DNA of 64,000 bases, taken from assembly GCF_964213995.1 (NCBI RefSeq), contig NC_135811.1, positions 25,544,001 through 25,608,000 on the forward strand, in the 5' to 3' direction. Both the position numbers and the translations under genes were made by a program. The notes beneath the pieces are model-generated. The model saw nothing but the letters and a program-made list of their open reading frames with translations. It was not told where the DNA came from and did not search any database. Positions 22,660 to 35,452 of this stretch are shown piece after piece. The number at the start of each line of letters is the position of its first letter. Positions within the stretch are counted from its first letter, which is position 1. This stretch comes from Mustelus asterias. Lineage: Eukaryota.

Positions 22660-24410
22660 TAATTGGCACATGCAAGGGACCCAATGCCTGTGTTAAGTCT
22701 CCACCTCAGACCCCTGGAAAATGGGGACCACAAATTTAGCAATGGGACCAAGAGTCGATCTGATATCACCTCATACAACAACTTACAAAATTCTAACAGG
22801 ATTAGAAATAATGGGGGCGATTCTCCCATTGCAACCCGCACCTTTTCTGGCAGGTCGGGCTGGGAGATGCGTGTCATTGGCCATTTTCTGGGATTTGCGC
22901 ATACGCCGGGAACACATGCGCATCTCCCAGAGCCGGAGAATAATCGGAGTCCAGACCATGCTGGAAACCGGCGGGGAGAGAGGTAAGTCATTTGTATATT
23001 TTTTTAATGTAGTTTAAATATGTTTAGCATTTCATTTTCGGGAACTTATCGGTCCCGATTGAATCTCCCACCCCACCAGGAGTACTTCATTCCGGTGGGG
23101 TTTAGAATAGCTCCCCACATTCGGGGAACTAGCGAGAGACCCCGCCGGAATGAAGGGGGCGCAATCAGGGCCCCCCAGGGGGTCGGGCAGCGGGGGGGGG
23201 TTAGTGCCCCTTGGGCACGGGGACCCTGGCAGTGCCAGCCTGTGCCCCCTGACACTGCCCAAGGGCAAAGTGCCCATGCTGAGGGGGCACCTTGGCACTG
23301 CCCATCAGACATTGGGCAGCGTCAAGAGGCTGGGGCCAATTGTGGGCGGGGCCTAGGGGCAATCAGTGGGGATGGGGGGTCCCGCTGCCACTCTGGATTG
23401 GGATCAGTCTGGGCTGGATGGAGGCCAGGTATTGAGGCAGGCTGGGGGGGTGGTCTGTTTGGGGAGGGGCCTGCCTCATGGGGGGGGGGCTCTGACCCCG
23501 GGGGGGTCAGTGAGGGAGGATTCTGCCAGGGTGAGGGGTTGGGGGGATTGCCACTGCTAGGTGTGGGGGGGCTGGACATCGGGGCGCTCCAGGGCGGAGG
23601 GGGTCAGGGCTGGCCCGGGAATTGCTGTGGGGGCCGCGATAGGCCCCGTGGGGGAGGGGCTGGAGGGGCAGCACTGCAGGGGTCCCGGGCTGGCCAGCAA
23701 ATGGGAAGACTGACAGAGTGGGACCACTGCTAAATTTGTGGTGCCCATTTTCCAGGGGTCTGAGGTGGAGACTTAACTCAGGCATTGGGTCCCTCTGTGC
23801 ACAGAGTTCCAGAACTGTCAGACTCCGATGTGAATAGGCCCCGCCTCCTGGGTTTTTAATGAGATTCACAATTGTGACCTCTGCAGTGCACAGCGTCGGG
23901 AGATTTGAGTGTGAAGTTGAATTCAGAAAGCGGTCGTAATCTAGAACAGCTTTCCCACCAATTCAGTACTTTTGGCCAGACCATTCTCTGTGGGGGGAGG
24001 AGGGAGTGAGGCCAGATCGTTGTCTTGGGGGGGAGGAGGGAGGTGGGTAAGATGTATCTCAGGGAGGTGGGCGGCAGATGGATCTCTGGTGGGGGGGCAG
24101 GGGGGTCCACTGCCACTCTGCGGGTGATCAGTGGGGGGGATGGGGGAAGGGGTGGTGATCGGTCTGGGTAGTGGGGAGGGGTGAATAAGGGACGCACACA
24201 CACATCACTGTCCCCCTTATCCACCACCCCCCACTACCCAGACCGATCGCCACCCCTGCCCCTCTCCCCCCCACCGATCACCCACAGAGTGGCAGCGGAC
24301 CCCCCTGCACCCCCCGCACCCCCACCAGAGATGCACCTGCCCCCTCCACCAGAGATCCACCTGCACTCCCTGCCCCCCCCCCCCCCCCCCCGCTCCGAGA
24401 TACACCCAAA
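22660..24410. mobile_element. GC-rich non-autonomous DNA-transposon-like region with internal inverted repeats
   Basis: GGGGGCGATTCTCCC terminus at ~22813 shared with 31402; shared internal TGGCAGTGCCAGCCTGTGCCCC; inverted repeats at 22675-22750/23719-23793 and ~24050-24190/24210-24400. Confidence 0.5.
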
Positions 24411-24535
24411 ATTGTCCTATGCCTTTTTGATAATGGCCATATTTCAGCTATCTATAGCTGGTAAATCATGATCATTTTTTTCCACACATTTCCCAGTCAG
24501 AAAACAGGCAAAACAAGAAAAAAATCTTTCTCTTT

Positions 24536-25315
24536 TGTGATGATACTGTGTCTTTAATAAATGTGTTTATATTATGTTTCTTGTGAAGAATATGTTTAGA
24601 AGTTAACTCCATTTACACGGTGCCAATTTGTCTGTACCAGGCAGTCTACATGTTGCGAATGCAGGAGAATAATTGTTTGACGTAATGGGATGTTTCTTTT
24701 AATCTGTGTTCATGCATTTTGTGTATTTTAGAGTTTCCCCCTGGGATTTTCGAGTAGGGTTTAATTAAGTTGATTGACAAGAGACAGAGTCATGTGAATG
24801 GGTGGAACTATTCTCATAGGGAAAAAAAGTTTAGTTTCTGCTTGATCCTGAAAGAAGCGAGAGGTGGTTCTCTCTCTCTATCTTTCTCTGGAGGCTGCTA
24901 TTTGAGTCAGAAGACAGGTCTCTCTCTCTTGCTTTCTCTCTCTCTCTCTCTCAATGGCTCTAGGACTAATAACAAGTGAAAACACAAAGCATCTGTTGTT
25001 TGCAAACTGGTTTTGAAGAGGAGTTTAAGTCTATGAAGAATATTGTTTAAATTGGAACTAATCGAGATAGGTTAGCTGTTAAGAATTGTATCTGGTCATG
25101 ATCAATTATTCCAATTGGTAAAAGTTAAGCAAATTAATTTGTTACATTTAGACTGTATTTCTAAAATAAACTTTGATAAAAAGCTTCCTAATGCGTCAAT
25201 AGAATCACACTAGGAGTGAAACACCTTTCCCTCACACTAATGCCAAATTAAAATAGAGTTGGAGTCAAGTCTAACTTCATAATATATCTTGGGGTTTCTA
25301 ATCTGGTCCCTAACA
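24536..25315 (+). mobile_element. Probable solo LTR
   Basis: TGTGA start and CTGGTCCCTAACA end, (CT)n tract, AATAAA ~25165; TSD ambiguous (CTTT/TTTT). Confidence 0.4.
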
Positions 25316-26740
25316 TTTTCTATCTTTGAATAAACTAAAGAATGTTCAAAACTCACAAGAGCTAAACAGCTTAAGCCTGGAATTCATATAAAACATGCTA
25401 TAGAACCTCATCTTTTTCACATCAGGGACTAGGGGTTGAATCCAATCCAGACAGATGGAATGTTCATTTCTCTGCTGAAAGTTTATGTGAAGTTTGGAGA
25501 GTCTCAGCACAGGACAGAAGTCTACAGAAAAATGCCCCCAAATTTAGCACCATTCACTGCTGTCTTTCTCAGAGTGACAGCCAAATTTCAGTGGATGGGA
25601 AGGGAACAGCACACATTATTGCAGTAGATGCAGATTTCTGAATCTGGGGTTCAACTCCCCAAAACAGGAGGTTCCGTTCTGCATCTGACCTATTATATGT
25701 GTGACTTGCGAGTGTTTGATGACACCACAGAGTGTAAAATGCCTTTTTTAACCCCAGCATCCTTCATGTTGACAAACGCTTCCATCTAGCCAAGAGTACC
25801 CTTGCCTCCACCAAAGTTTTTATCATCCGCATCTATTACTTACATAAGCCTGACACAGCTACATACGGTGGGCAGAATTCAATGCCTACAGAAAACTCAG
25901 AAATCAATTTTATTTGTTTGGAATGACAACATGCGTCTTGGAAGAGCAATAAACTGGAACTTAGAGCTCCCTTTAATTTTGCAAGAGGGGAAACAGAGGA
26001 ATTTGAATTTAAAGGCAATTTGTAGGGCTCAACAGTGAATCATTTTAGATCTTTGTCAGCCAGGGTTGGAACACAATCCAGTCAGATATGACGTAAATGG
26101 GTTTTGTTTTTCACTGACACCTGTTGAAGATCCCAAGCGAAATGAGTTTATGGAAGCTCAGCCCAACTCCCAGCGGACCTGATCCCACAGTATAAAATTA
26201 CTCTCCCATCAGACCTTAATTGGCACAAGCTCAGCAATTTTGCTGAGAAAACTGCAAGCCACAGAGTGCAGGATATGAAAAGATTTCATTGCAACAGTAG
26301 GGGATATCTTTAAGGACAAGGAAAAAAATTGACAGGGCAATGCAGGCCCTGACCTTTAGCGTACCTGGGTGGCAGAGGTCTAGGATGAATCTTCCTCAAA
26401 AATAAATCTAAAGAATAGGAGCAAACCACCTCTGCAGAGCGTCATTGTGGGACTGATACCCTCTTAAGAGTCCTCAATGCTATTCTTGATGGCAAAAATG
26501 GGAAATGAAAAACTAAAATAGCTTCATTTGTCAGCGGTCATTACAATGAGTACACGTGTTAAACAAATTTACAAAGTGTACACATTAACCTTGTTTTTAG
26601 CTCTCTTGTGTATTTGTTTGGATGCAATGAGAGAGCATCTTTAGCCTGGTTCTCACAGCAAATATTTTACATGCATTGTTCGGTAAGGCAGTATGGCTTT
26701 GTTTCTGGAAATGCATTTTATGGTGCGATAGGGCAGTAAG

Positions 26741-27745
26741 TCCAGGATGGGATAGTGCAATATGTCCCCGGTGGGATAGTGCAGTATGTCCGGGGATGGG
26801 ATAGTGCAGTATGTCCGGGGATGGGATAGTGCAGTATGTCCGGGGAGGGATAGTGCAGTATGTCCAGGATGGGATAGTGCAGTATGTCCCCGGTGGGATA
26901 GTGCAGTATGTCCGGGATGGGATCGTGCAGTATGTCCGGAATGGGATAGTGCAGTATGTCCGGGGTGGGATAGTGCAGTATGTCCGGGGAGGGATAGTGC
27001 AGTATGTCCTGGGAGGGATCGTGCAGTATGTCCAGGGTGATATAGTGCAGTATGTCCAGGATGGGATAGTGCAGTATGTCCGGGGTGGGATAGTGTAGTA
27101 TGTCCAGGATGGGATAGTGCAGTATGTCCGGGGTGGGATAGTGCAGTATGTCCAGGATGGGATAGTGCAGTATGTCCAGGATGGGATAGTGCAGTATGTC
27201 CGGGATGGGATAGTGCAGTATGTCCAGGATGGGATAGTGCAGTATGTCCGGGGTGGGATAGTGCAGTATGTCCAGGATGGGATAGTGCAGTATGTCCGGG
27301 ATGGGATAGTGCAGTATGTCCGGGGTGGGATAGTGCAGTATGTCCGGGGTGGGATAGTGCAGTATGTCCAGGGTGATATAGTGCAGTATGTCCGGGGTGG
27401 GATAGTGCAGTATGTCCAGGATGGGATAGTGCAGTATGTCCGGGATGGGATAGTGCAGTATGTCCAGGATGGGATAGTGCAGTATGTCCAGGATGGGATA
27501 GTGCAGTATGTCCAGGGTGATATAGTGCAGTATGTCCGGGGTGGGATAGTGCAGTCTGTCCGGGGTGGGATAGTGCAGTATGTCCGGGATGGGATAGTGC
27601 AGTATGTCCGGGATGGGATAGTGCAGTATGTCCAGGATGGGATCGTGCAGTATATCCGGGGAGGGATAGTGCAGTATGTCCAGGATGGGATCGTGCAGTA
27701 TATCCGGGGAGGGATAGTGCAGTATGTCTGGGGTGGGATATTGTA
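26741..27745. repeat. 24-bp minisatellite (GGGATAGTGCAGTATGTCCRGGRT)n, about 41 copies
   Basis: Direct read; source of the GIVQYVRG repeat ORFs. Confidence 0.95.
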
Positions 27746-29239
27746 GACTGTGATATATTTAAAAAGGATTGGAAGGTTGCTTTTAAGAGCTGATCACATG
27801 ATTTGATGGTGATGTCATCAGGGTGTGCCCTCTGGCTGCTGTTTTACTTTCAGTTTTGTATTCAGATGCAGAGGAGAGAGCAGCTCTTCAATAAACACGT
27901 TGTGTTTTAGTTTGAATCTACTTGCGAAAACCAAGTCTTTTGTTTTTCTGTTAAAACCCGCAACCCCTAACATAGTTAGGACATTACAAAAAGAGAATTA
28001 GTGGTGAGTCAGGATTTTGTTTCACCGAGAACATCGAGAAAAGATCCTGAGAGAAAAATTGTGGGTCCTCACACTTCAAATACTAGAAACTGGTGAAAAG
28101 CAACAACAAGGTTAAAGATTGAACTGCCAGTGCCAGGAAGACCAAGTAAGAAAAAGCTGTCTGTGTGATTAAAAGAGTGGGTTTTACTGATCTGAGAGAA
28201 TCAGATTCCAGGCAGTATTTGGCATACTTGAAAAGAATGGATGCTTTGCTGTACAGCTGGGGCTAATTGAAAAAAAAAGTACATAATGTACAAAAATATA
28301 TACTGAGTCACTAGTGCCTGCAAGAGAAATGGCAGGTCAGTTAGGATCAATTCAGGAAATGAATCATAGAGTTCCTACATAGAGCATCTTCAGTGCTTTA
28401 TACAAGCAAATAAAATTGAAAACTAATTGCTCATACTTGCTTTTCTCAGTGCAATAGTATGTAAAGCCCTAATTTGCTCTGAAGCTTGGTTCATCCAGTA
28501 AAGTTAAGAAACCAAAACCTACAATGACTTGACAAAGATCCTTGAAGAACTTTACTCCCCAAAGCCACTGATCATCACGGAATGGTTCTGGTACCTCCGA
28601 AGGAATCAAGTGGTGGCGAAAGCATTGCTCACTTGGTAGCAACCTTAAAAAGGGGGGGCTGGCACAGCATTGTAAGTTTGGTGAGTCGTTAGAAGATTCT
28701 CTTTGAGATTGTCTAGTTTGTGAACTCCAAAATGAGGCTATCCAAAGAAGATTGCTTACTGAACATTTTGAATAATATAAAGGCGTTTTGTCATTAGCTG
28801 TTAGTCGATTGCAAAGCTGGCCACTGTTCCTATCTGCACATTCATATGATTTAAAGTATCATCAATCAAAATGCCATGCTAATGCTGATGCATTATTACG
28901 CTTACCTTTACCTATTGAGTAGATACCATCAACTAGTTTCACTAATATTCTTTATTTTTTACTAGTAGATCATTTACCTGTGACAGCTTTTCAAGTTCAG
29001 GGACCTGCCAGCAATAATCCCATGATGGGGAAGGTGATGGATATAGAACTGGAACTATAGCTGGAAAACCTCGTCTGCATCCTGATTTAAAACTATATGT
29101 GCCAAGAAAGCTTGAGTTGGCCGTCCAAAGTGGGTGCCTATTGTGGGGAATCCAAATGATCGTTCCTCCTAGTCTGCATGGAAGAGTTCTTGAACAACGA
29201 CATGCCATCATCCTTATATAGTCTGGATGAAGAAATTAG

Positions 29240-29606
29240 TCATGATGTGGAGATGCCGGCGTTGGACTGGGGTAAACACAGTAAGAGTTTTAACAACACC
29301 AGGTTAAAGTCCAACAGGTTTATTTGGTAGCAAATGCCATTGGCTTTCGGAGCACTGCTCCTTCGTCAGATGGAGTGGAAATGTGCTCTCAAACAGGGTA
29401 CAGAGACACAAAATCAAGTTATAGAATACTGATTAGAATGCGAATCTCTATAGCCAACCAGGTCTTAAAGATACAGACAATGTGAGTGGAGTTTGAGAGC
29501 ACATTTCCACTCCATCTGACGAAGGAGCAGTGCTCCGAAAGCTAATGGCATTTGCTACCAAATAAACCTGTTGGACTTTAACCTGGTGTTGTTAAAACTC
29601 TTACTG
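29240..29606. mobile_element. Palindromic Penelope-like insertion with hammerhead motifs in both arms
   Basis: Inverted arms; plus-strand HHR CCAT-CTGACGA-AGGAGCAGTGCTCC-GAAA-GCTA-ATGG at ~29512-29549; TSD TGA(A/C)GAAATTAG at 29228-29239 and 29607-29618. Confidence 0.85.
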
Positions 29607-29863
29607 TGACGAAATTAGCACATAGTTATTTTTGGTGGCCGGGTCTGGATGCTCAGATTGAAGAAAACATAGGGACTGTCAATCCTGTGAATGAATAAGA
29701 AATACACCACAGTTGTCTCCTTTATATCCTTGGGAATGGCCCAAATTCCATGGCAATGTATATTCGTAGATTTTGTTGGTCCGTTTGATGGTTACGTGTT
29801 CTTAGCCATGATCGATACACACTCAAAGTGGCCAGAAGTTATCATGACATCTATTAAACTCAA

Positions 29864-30389
29864 ACGGAGCACCCAGAGGAAACCCATGCAGGCATGGCCT
29901 CCCCGTAAAATAAAGTAAAGTTTATTTATTAGCCACAAGTAAGGCTTAGATTAACACTGCATTAAAGTTACTGTGAAATTCCCCTAGTCGCCACAATCCG
30001 GTGCCAGTTCGGGTCAATGCATCTAACCAGCATGTCTTTCAGAATGTGGGAGGAAACCAGAGCACCCGGAGGAAACCCATGCAGACACGGGGAGAATGGG
30101 CAGACTCCACACAGACAGTAACCCAAGCCGGGAATCAAACCCAGGTCCCTGGCCCTGTGAGGCAGCAGTGCTAACCACTGTGATACTGTGCCGCCCATTG
30201 TCTGCATGGGTTTCCTCCGGTTTCCTCCCACTGTCCGAAAGACATGCTGGTTAGATGCGTTAGCTGTGCTAAATTCTCCCTCAGTTACCCGAACAGATGC
30301 TGGAGTGTGGCGACAGGGGAATTTTCACAGTAACTTCATTGCAGTGTTAATGTAAACCTATTTGTGATACTAATAAATAAACTTTAAAC
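29864..30389. mobile_element. Inverted pair of HE1-like SINEs (alternative tail)
   Basis: Full minus-strand copy ~29912-30196 followed by a 5'-truncated plus-strand copy ~30198-30389, inside the Gypsy integrase relic. Confidence 0.8.
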
Positions 30390-30774
30390 TGAAAAATTTG
30401 ATGACATTTTTGCAAGATCTGGGAAACCAAAACAGATTGTTAACAATAATGGTTCACAGTTTACTTCACAAGAGTTTGAGGATTATCTCAAAGTAAACGG
30501 TATTCAGCATTTAAAATCTGCACCTTATCATCTATCAACCAATTAGCTGAAAGATTCAAACAATCCTTGAAACATGCATTAAAAGCTTTAAAAGAGCAAG
30601 TTTCGTTATCACGTTGTCTGAATAGCTTTTTAGCCTCTAACAGAAACACTACTCATCCGACTACCCAAAGTTCACTTGCATTACTATTCTTAGGGAGCAA
30701 GTTGCAAACTATGTTTAATCTGTTATTACCCCCAGAAACCTAAGAGACAGTAGAGCATCAAAACGATCTCCAGT

Positions 30775-31035
30775 TCATAGAAATCATAGAAACCCTACAG
30801 TACAGAAAGAGGCCATTCGGCCCATCGAGTCTGCACCGACCACAATCCCACCCAGGCCCTACCCCCATATCCCTACATATTTTACCCGCTAATCCCTCTA
30901 ATCTACGCATCCCAGGACACTAAGGGGCAATTTTTTAGCATGGCCAATCAACCTAACCCGCACATCTTTGGACTGTGGGAGGAAACCGGAGCACCCGGAG
31001 GAAACCCACGCAGACACGAGGAGAATGTGCAAACT
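30775..31035 (-). mobile_element. HE1-like V-SINE, 5'-truncated, CR1-type tail
   Basis: TCATAGAAATCATAGAAACCC tail and V-domain reverse complement. Confidence 0.85.
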
Positions 31036-31401
31036 GTTGCCAGATGAGAAGTGAGAGCAAAAGAAGATGAACTAGTTTGGCAATGCCATGCTGACCAATT
31101 GTTATCATCTCCAAATGATTTCTCATTATCACCTCCAGAGGTACTAAATTCTTTAGTCCCTAGTGTGAACAGTACTATGGAAGATTTAGCTGAACCGGAG
31201 TTGCCCGAAGATCATGTCTATGCTACTATACCGGTGAGAATAATAAAGGATAAGAGAAAAACTGTCCACTGAGGTTCCAAATCATTTCTAGGGTCAAGGA
31301 CAGCCAAAACCCACATACAACCAAAGAGAAATACGTGTCCACCTGATGCAGAGTAGAGAACAGCTTTCAATAAAACCTGCTGTGTGTTAGTTCGAGTCTA
31401 T

Positions 31402-32172
31402 GGGGGCGATTCTCCCATCCCACTGCGCTAATTGTTTAGTGCAGCGGGCCTGGAGATTTCAATGGGGCCTGATCCGTGGGATTCAGGCTGGGCATCCAGC
31501 CCAAAGTGTGGCTCCCAGCATGGGTTTCCAGTGCCATCAGCTCCACGCCGGAAACAGACACGGAGCTGCATTAGGCATGCAGAGGAGCATGCATATCTGA
31601 TTTAAATGTAATTAGTGGACCTGGGACTGAAGTCTCCAGGCCTGCTAGCCTCTTCCCCCCTTCCCCCCTCCAGGGGTATTTCACTCCAGCGGGGTTTACA
31701 GTAGCTCCCTACTTTCGGGGAGCTAGCAGTTCAACCCCGCTGGAGTGAAGGGGGGGTGCCCCCTGAGCATTGGCACCCTGGCAGTGCCAGCCTGTGCCCC
31801 ATCACTGCCCAAGGGGCAAAATGCCAATGTCTAGCCCCAATCACTGTCCTCCCTCCCTCTGCTCGCGATGTATGCAGAGTTGCAGTGGGACCCCCCATCC
31901 CACCCCCACCAATTGCCCCCAGAGGCCCGGCCCCCACTAGGGCCCCACCCCATTAGGCCCTGCCCCATTGGCACTGCCCTATGCCCAATGGGCAGTGCCG
32001 AGGCTCCCTGGGCATTGGCACTTTGCCCCTTGGGCAGTGCCAGGGGCCTAGGATTTTCCAGCCGCGCTCGCCCTAATGCTGGAAAATCCCGCCTGAGGTC
32101 AGCAGACCTTTGCATGATCCGTGTCCCACCCGCTACAATTCCCGTGGTGAGCGGGATGGGAGAATTCTGCCC
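31402..32172. mobile_element. GC-rich non-autonomous TIR element plus short MITE
   Basis: GGGGGCGATTCTCCC start; internal similarity to 23090-23310; ends GGGAGAATTCTGCCC. Confidence 0.5.
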
Positions 32173-32349
32173 TTGTATCACTGTGAGGCGAGGGTTCAGT
32201 GTAAACAGTCTGACGACCAAGTTAGTGAAGTAAAGAGATCCCAATGGAGAACCATCATCAATGATCAAGTTTGACAGTTGGCACTTGTACCTCACACCGA
32301 AAGGAGGACATGCAATGATATTGGATATTTTCACATCTCTCATCCTATT

Positions 32350-32610
32350 CTTTTGTAGTTATGTTGACCAAATCTGGCAGCTATATTGTGCATGGCCATG
32401 TGCCACAAAGGTAGAATCAAGTGAATAAATAAGTAATCTGTTTCTGAGTGTTGATTGCATGAAGAATGTTGGCGAGGAAACTCAGAAATCTCCCCACCTG
32501 CCTTTGATTCCTTAAGGGCCTCCTGAACTACTGGAATCGCAAAGAGGGTCAGATCGTATGAAGGGCAGCATATCTGAAAGAGGAGTGCTCCCTCAACGCT
32601 GTACAGTGAA
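32350..32610 (-). mobile_element. Decayed DeuSINE relic
   Basis: Reverse complement resembles the Deu domain and head also seen at 52010 and 58540. Confidence 0.4.
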
Positions 32611-35207
32611 GAACAGCAGTGCCACTAATAACTGAGGAGGTCAAATTCAATCAAAACAAAGCAATAGACATTACTTTCTTTATTTGGCTGAGAATTTGGG
32701 AGTAATGTTGAATATTCCATTAACACTACAGGATCCACAGGACAAAATGTACTCTCATTTTCCTCCCGCCTGCCCTGGTTATGAGCTGTAATCGTGATAT
32801 GCCAAAAAAAACGGCATGCAGCTTCTTGAATATAAGTTACATCTTTGTGAGTTTTTATTGCCAAAACGAGCTTCATACACCTCGAAGAACTTTTCTTTAA
32901 AAAACGAACTTATCCCAAAAGGAGCTTTCTTGTGAAGTCACTGCATATTACAGCCTGCAGCTGGCCATGTGTCAGACTGCTGCACGCCCCCAGCTAATAA
33001 TGCCTCGTCATCCAGTGACAGGATTATGCGCTCACCACAGCTTCACATGTCACAAGTAATTGGACTCATTGCTTATCATATTGAAGTTGTCAGGACCTTC
33101 ATACAGCTATAATTTGTGCGGGTTGATCATACCTTAGCAAATCAGCAGGCTCTAACCTTTCACCTTTACCCTGTGTTGTAGGTACAGGCCAAGTATGACC
33201 TACAAATCTTTTGACAGGGGTGGCATTGGCTGTTTGAGCGGTTCAATTGTCTTTGTCCGTCAGCTGGTATTGTGAAAGTGGTTATTAGGGAGCCTTGCTG
33301 TCGACACAAAGGATGTTCACTGCCAAGAAGTGTTACCATAGTGAAACCTCCTCCAATTACATGGGTGGGGTATTGCTTTACTGCAAATTTGTTTTTAAAC
33401 TTGGTGAATCATTAAATGTGCCCTTTGCATGTAGTACATCAATGGTAAGCAAGAAAATCATGTAATTTATTATTACCCACTCCGCATTTAGAAATTTACT
33501 CCGGATACATAATATGCAGGATTTAAACAGTGACTGAATAAAATGAGACAAGTTTTGCACACTTCATAACACAGAAGTATTACATTTTTGTGTGTGACTT
33601 ATGAAGGCCTCTTGCAGTTAGAAACTGCTTAGCACTCCCTTTCTTGTGTCTGCACCGTCTTGTGTATTTTGGCAATCATGAAATAAAATGAATAGCAATA
33701 TCAGTTTCATGTGAAATAACACGGGGTACTTTTCAATATAGGAGCCGACATATCTGCAGGCAATTAGATTCCCAGTTAGCCCTCCCACTGAACTATTGTT
33801 CATTGAGCACTGCTGGGATTTTACCATCCTCTTGGAGACATACTTGGTTCACCAATGTCCTTTAAGGAAGGAAATCTGCCATCCTTACCTGGTGTGGCCT
33901 ACATGTGACTCCAGGGCCACAGCAATGTGGTTGACTCTCAACTGCCCTCTGGGAACTAAGGATGGGCAATAAATGCTGGCCAGCCAGCAACGCCCATGTT
34001 CCACATGAATGAATGAAAAAAAAAGGCAGAACGACTGGCAAGATGGCTGCAGAAGACTGTAGTGGTAATTGCCACCTTAGTGACTATGACGCCATCAATG
34101 AACGATCCCCCCACCGCCACTCACTCCGATTACCGGAACTTACCTCCGTCTCTGTCTTTGAAATAAATAAATAAAATGAAAGTGCTCTGATGGACAAATT
34201 CCAGGAGACATCAGAGCCTAAAGATCACTGTTGATGAAATTAGCAAGCAAGTGCTTCATATATTCATCTGAAATTCCTCTGATTGATATTGTAGTGGCTA
34301 TTTCCCCAACTTAAAATGAAAAGATTAATCTTTATGCTGAACTAATGGTTAAGGAATATTATAGGAATGTAATAAGCTTGTAGACGAATATTGGTGTTGC
34401 CAATCTTGGATATGGTTTAGATATTCTCTCCAGTCACTGTCAGCACCTTCTCCCATAAGCCGACCTCAGATACCTGTTGATCAGGAGTTTACCTTGACTG
34501 TCTAATATCTCGTCCTATAATAGTGTGCTCAGGGGTCATAACAACAATGAATTCTGAAGAAGATTCATATTAGACTCGAAGGGCGGGGTTTTCCAGCCGC
34601 GCTGGCCCCAAGACCGGAAAATCCTGCCAGAGGTCAACTGACATTTGCACGGTCTGCCTCCACCTGCCATGTGTTAAAAAGTGTTAACTCTGTTTCCCTC
34701 TCTACTGATGCTGCCAGATCCGCTGAATATTTAACGTGCTTTCTGTTTTTATGTCTTAACAATAAAACTCCACATGAGGCAAACTGGATACTGTGGTCAC
34801 ACAAATTGACCCATGTATGACGCTCATGACTTCTGGAAAATGGACTGGCTGCCACTTAATGGGATTATACAATTATAGGGCAAGCTGATTAATGATACAA
34901 ATAGAATGTAAATAAAAAAGGACAATGGATCTTAACAAATTTCACAATGCTCGGGTAATGTAGAAAAATAACAAAGTTGAATCATTGTCTCAGTTCTTGA
35001 GCCAAGTGCAAATTGCTGATGAGTAATTTTTCCGAAAATGGTTATTGCTGCACTTAGAGGAGAGAGCTTTGTCTGGTTCTCACCCAGGACTGTCTCTTCA
35101 GACTGCGCCTTTCTTAGCTATACAGGAAGCAACAGCTTCAACTCTGACTCATTCCTTCCTCTTCATGCTTGAGGAATGCCCAATTGAATTGCTGCTCTTG
35201 CTAAAGG

Positions 35208-35452
35208 TTTGCAACTAAAACAGAAAAAGCTGGAAAATCTCAGCAGGTCTGGCAGCATCTGTGCAGAGAGAACAGAGTCAGAGATTTGAGTCTAGATGAC
35301 CCTTTGTCAACTCCGATGAAGGGTCACCTCAGGGCCAGAGCTGACAAAGGGTAATCCAGACTCGAAATTTTGGCTCTATTCTCTCCCCTCAGACGTGCTG
35401 AGATTTTCCAGCATTTTGTTTCAGTTCCCAGTATCTGCAGTATTTTGCTTTT
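35208..35452. mobile_element. Palindromic Penelope-like relic (second family) with degenerate hammerhead
   Basis: Inverted arms GCTGGAAAATCTCAGCA / TGCTGAGATTTTCCAGC; CTGACAAAGGGTAATCCAGACTCGAAA core; related pieces at ~1718-1810, 10070-10170, 34553-34750, 43655-43840 and 55415-55490. Confidence 0.65.

Larger units (their letters stand above)
27749..31400 (+). mobile_element. Decayed, internally deleted Gypsy LTR retrotransposon with nested Penelope and SINE insertions
   Basis: LTR remnants 27866-27920 and 31344-31400 (GATGCAGAG..CAATAAA..GTGT.TTAGTT.GA.TCTA); gag relic ~28540-28765 (HCKFGESLEDSL..LVCELQNEAIQKRLLTE); IN relics SYFWWPGLDAQIE, PWQCIFVDFVGPF..IDTHSKWPEV, NNGSQFTSQEFEDYLKVNGIQHLKSAPYH; no PR or RT seen. 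Confidence 0.8.

Noticed and set aside
23020-23733. 237-aa Gly-rich ORF
   Set aside because: GC-rich low-complexity transposon interior with no recognisable domain
26741-27746. CRISPR-like array or GIVQYVRG repeat protein
   Set aside because: Contiguous 24-bp units with no unique spacers, no cas genes, vertebrate context
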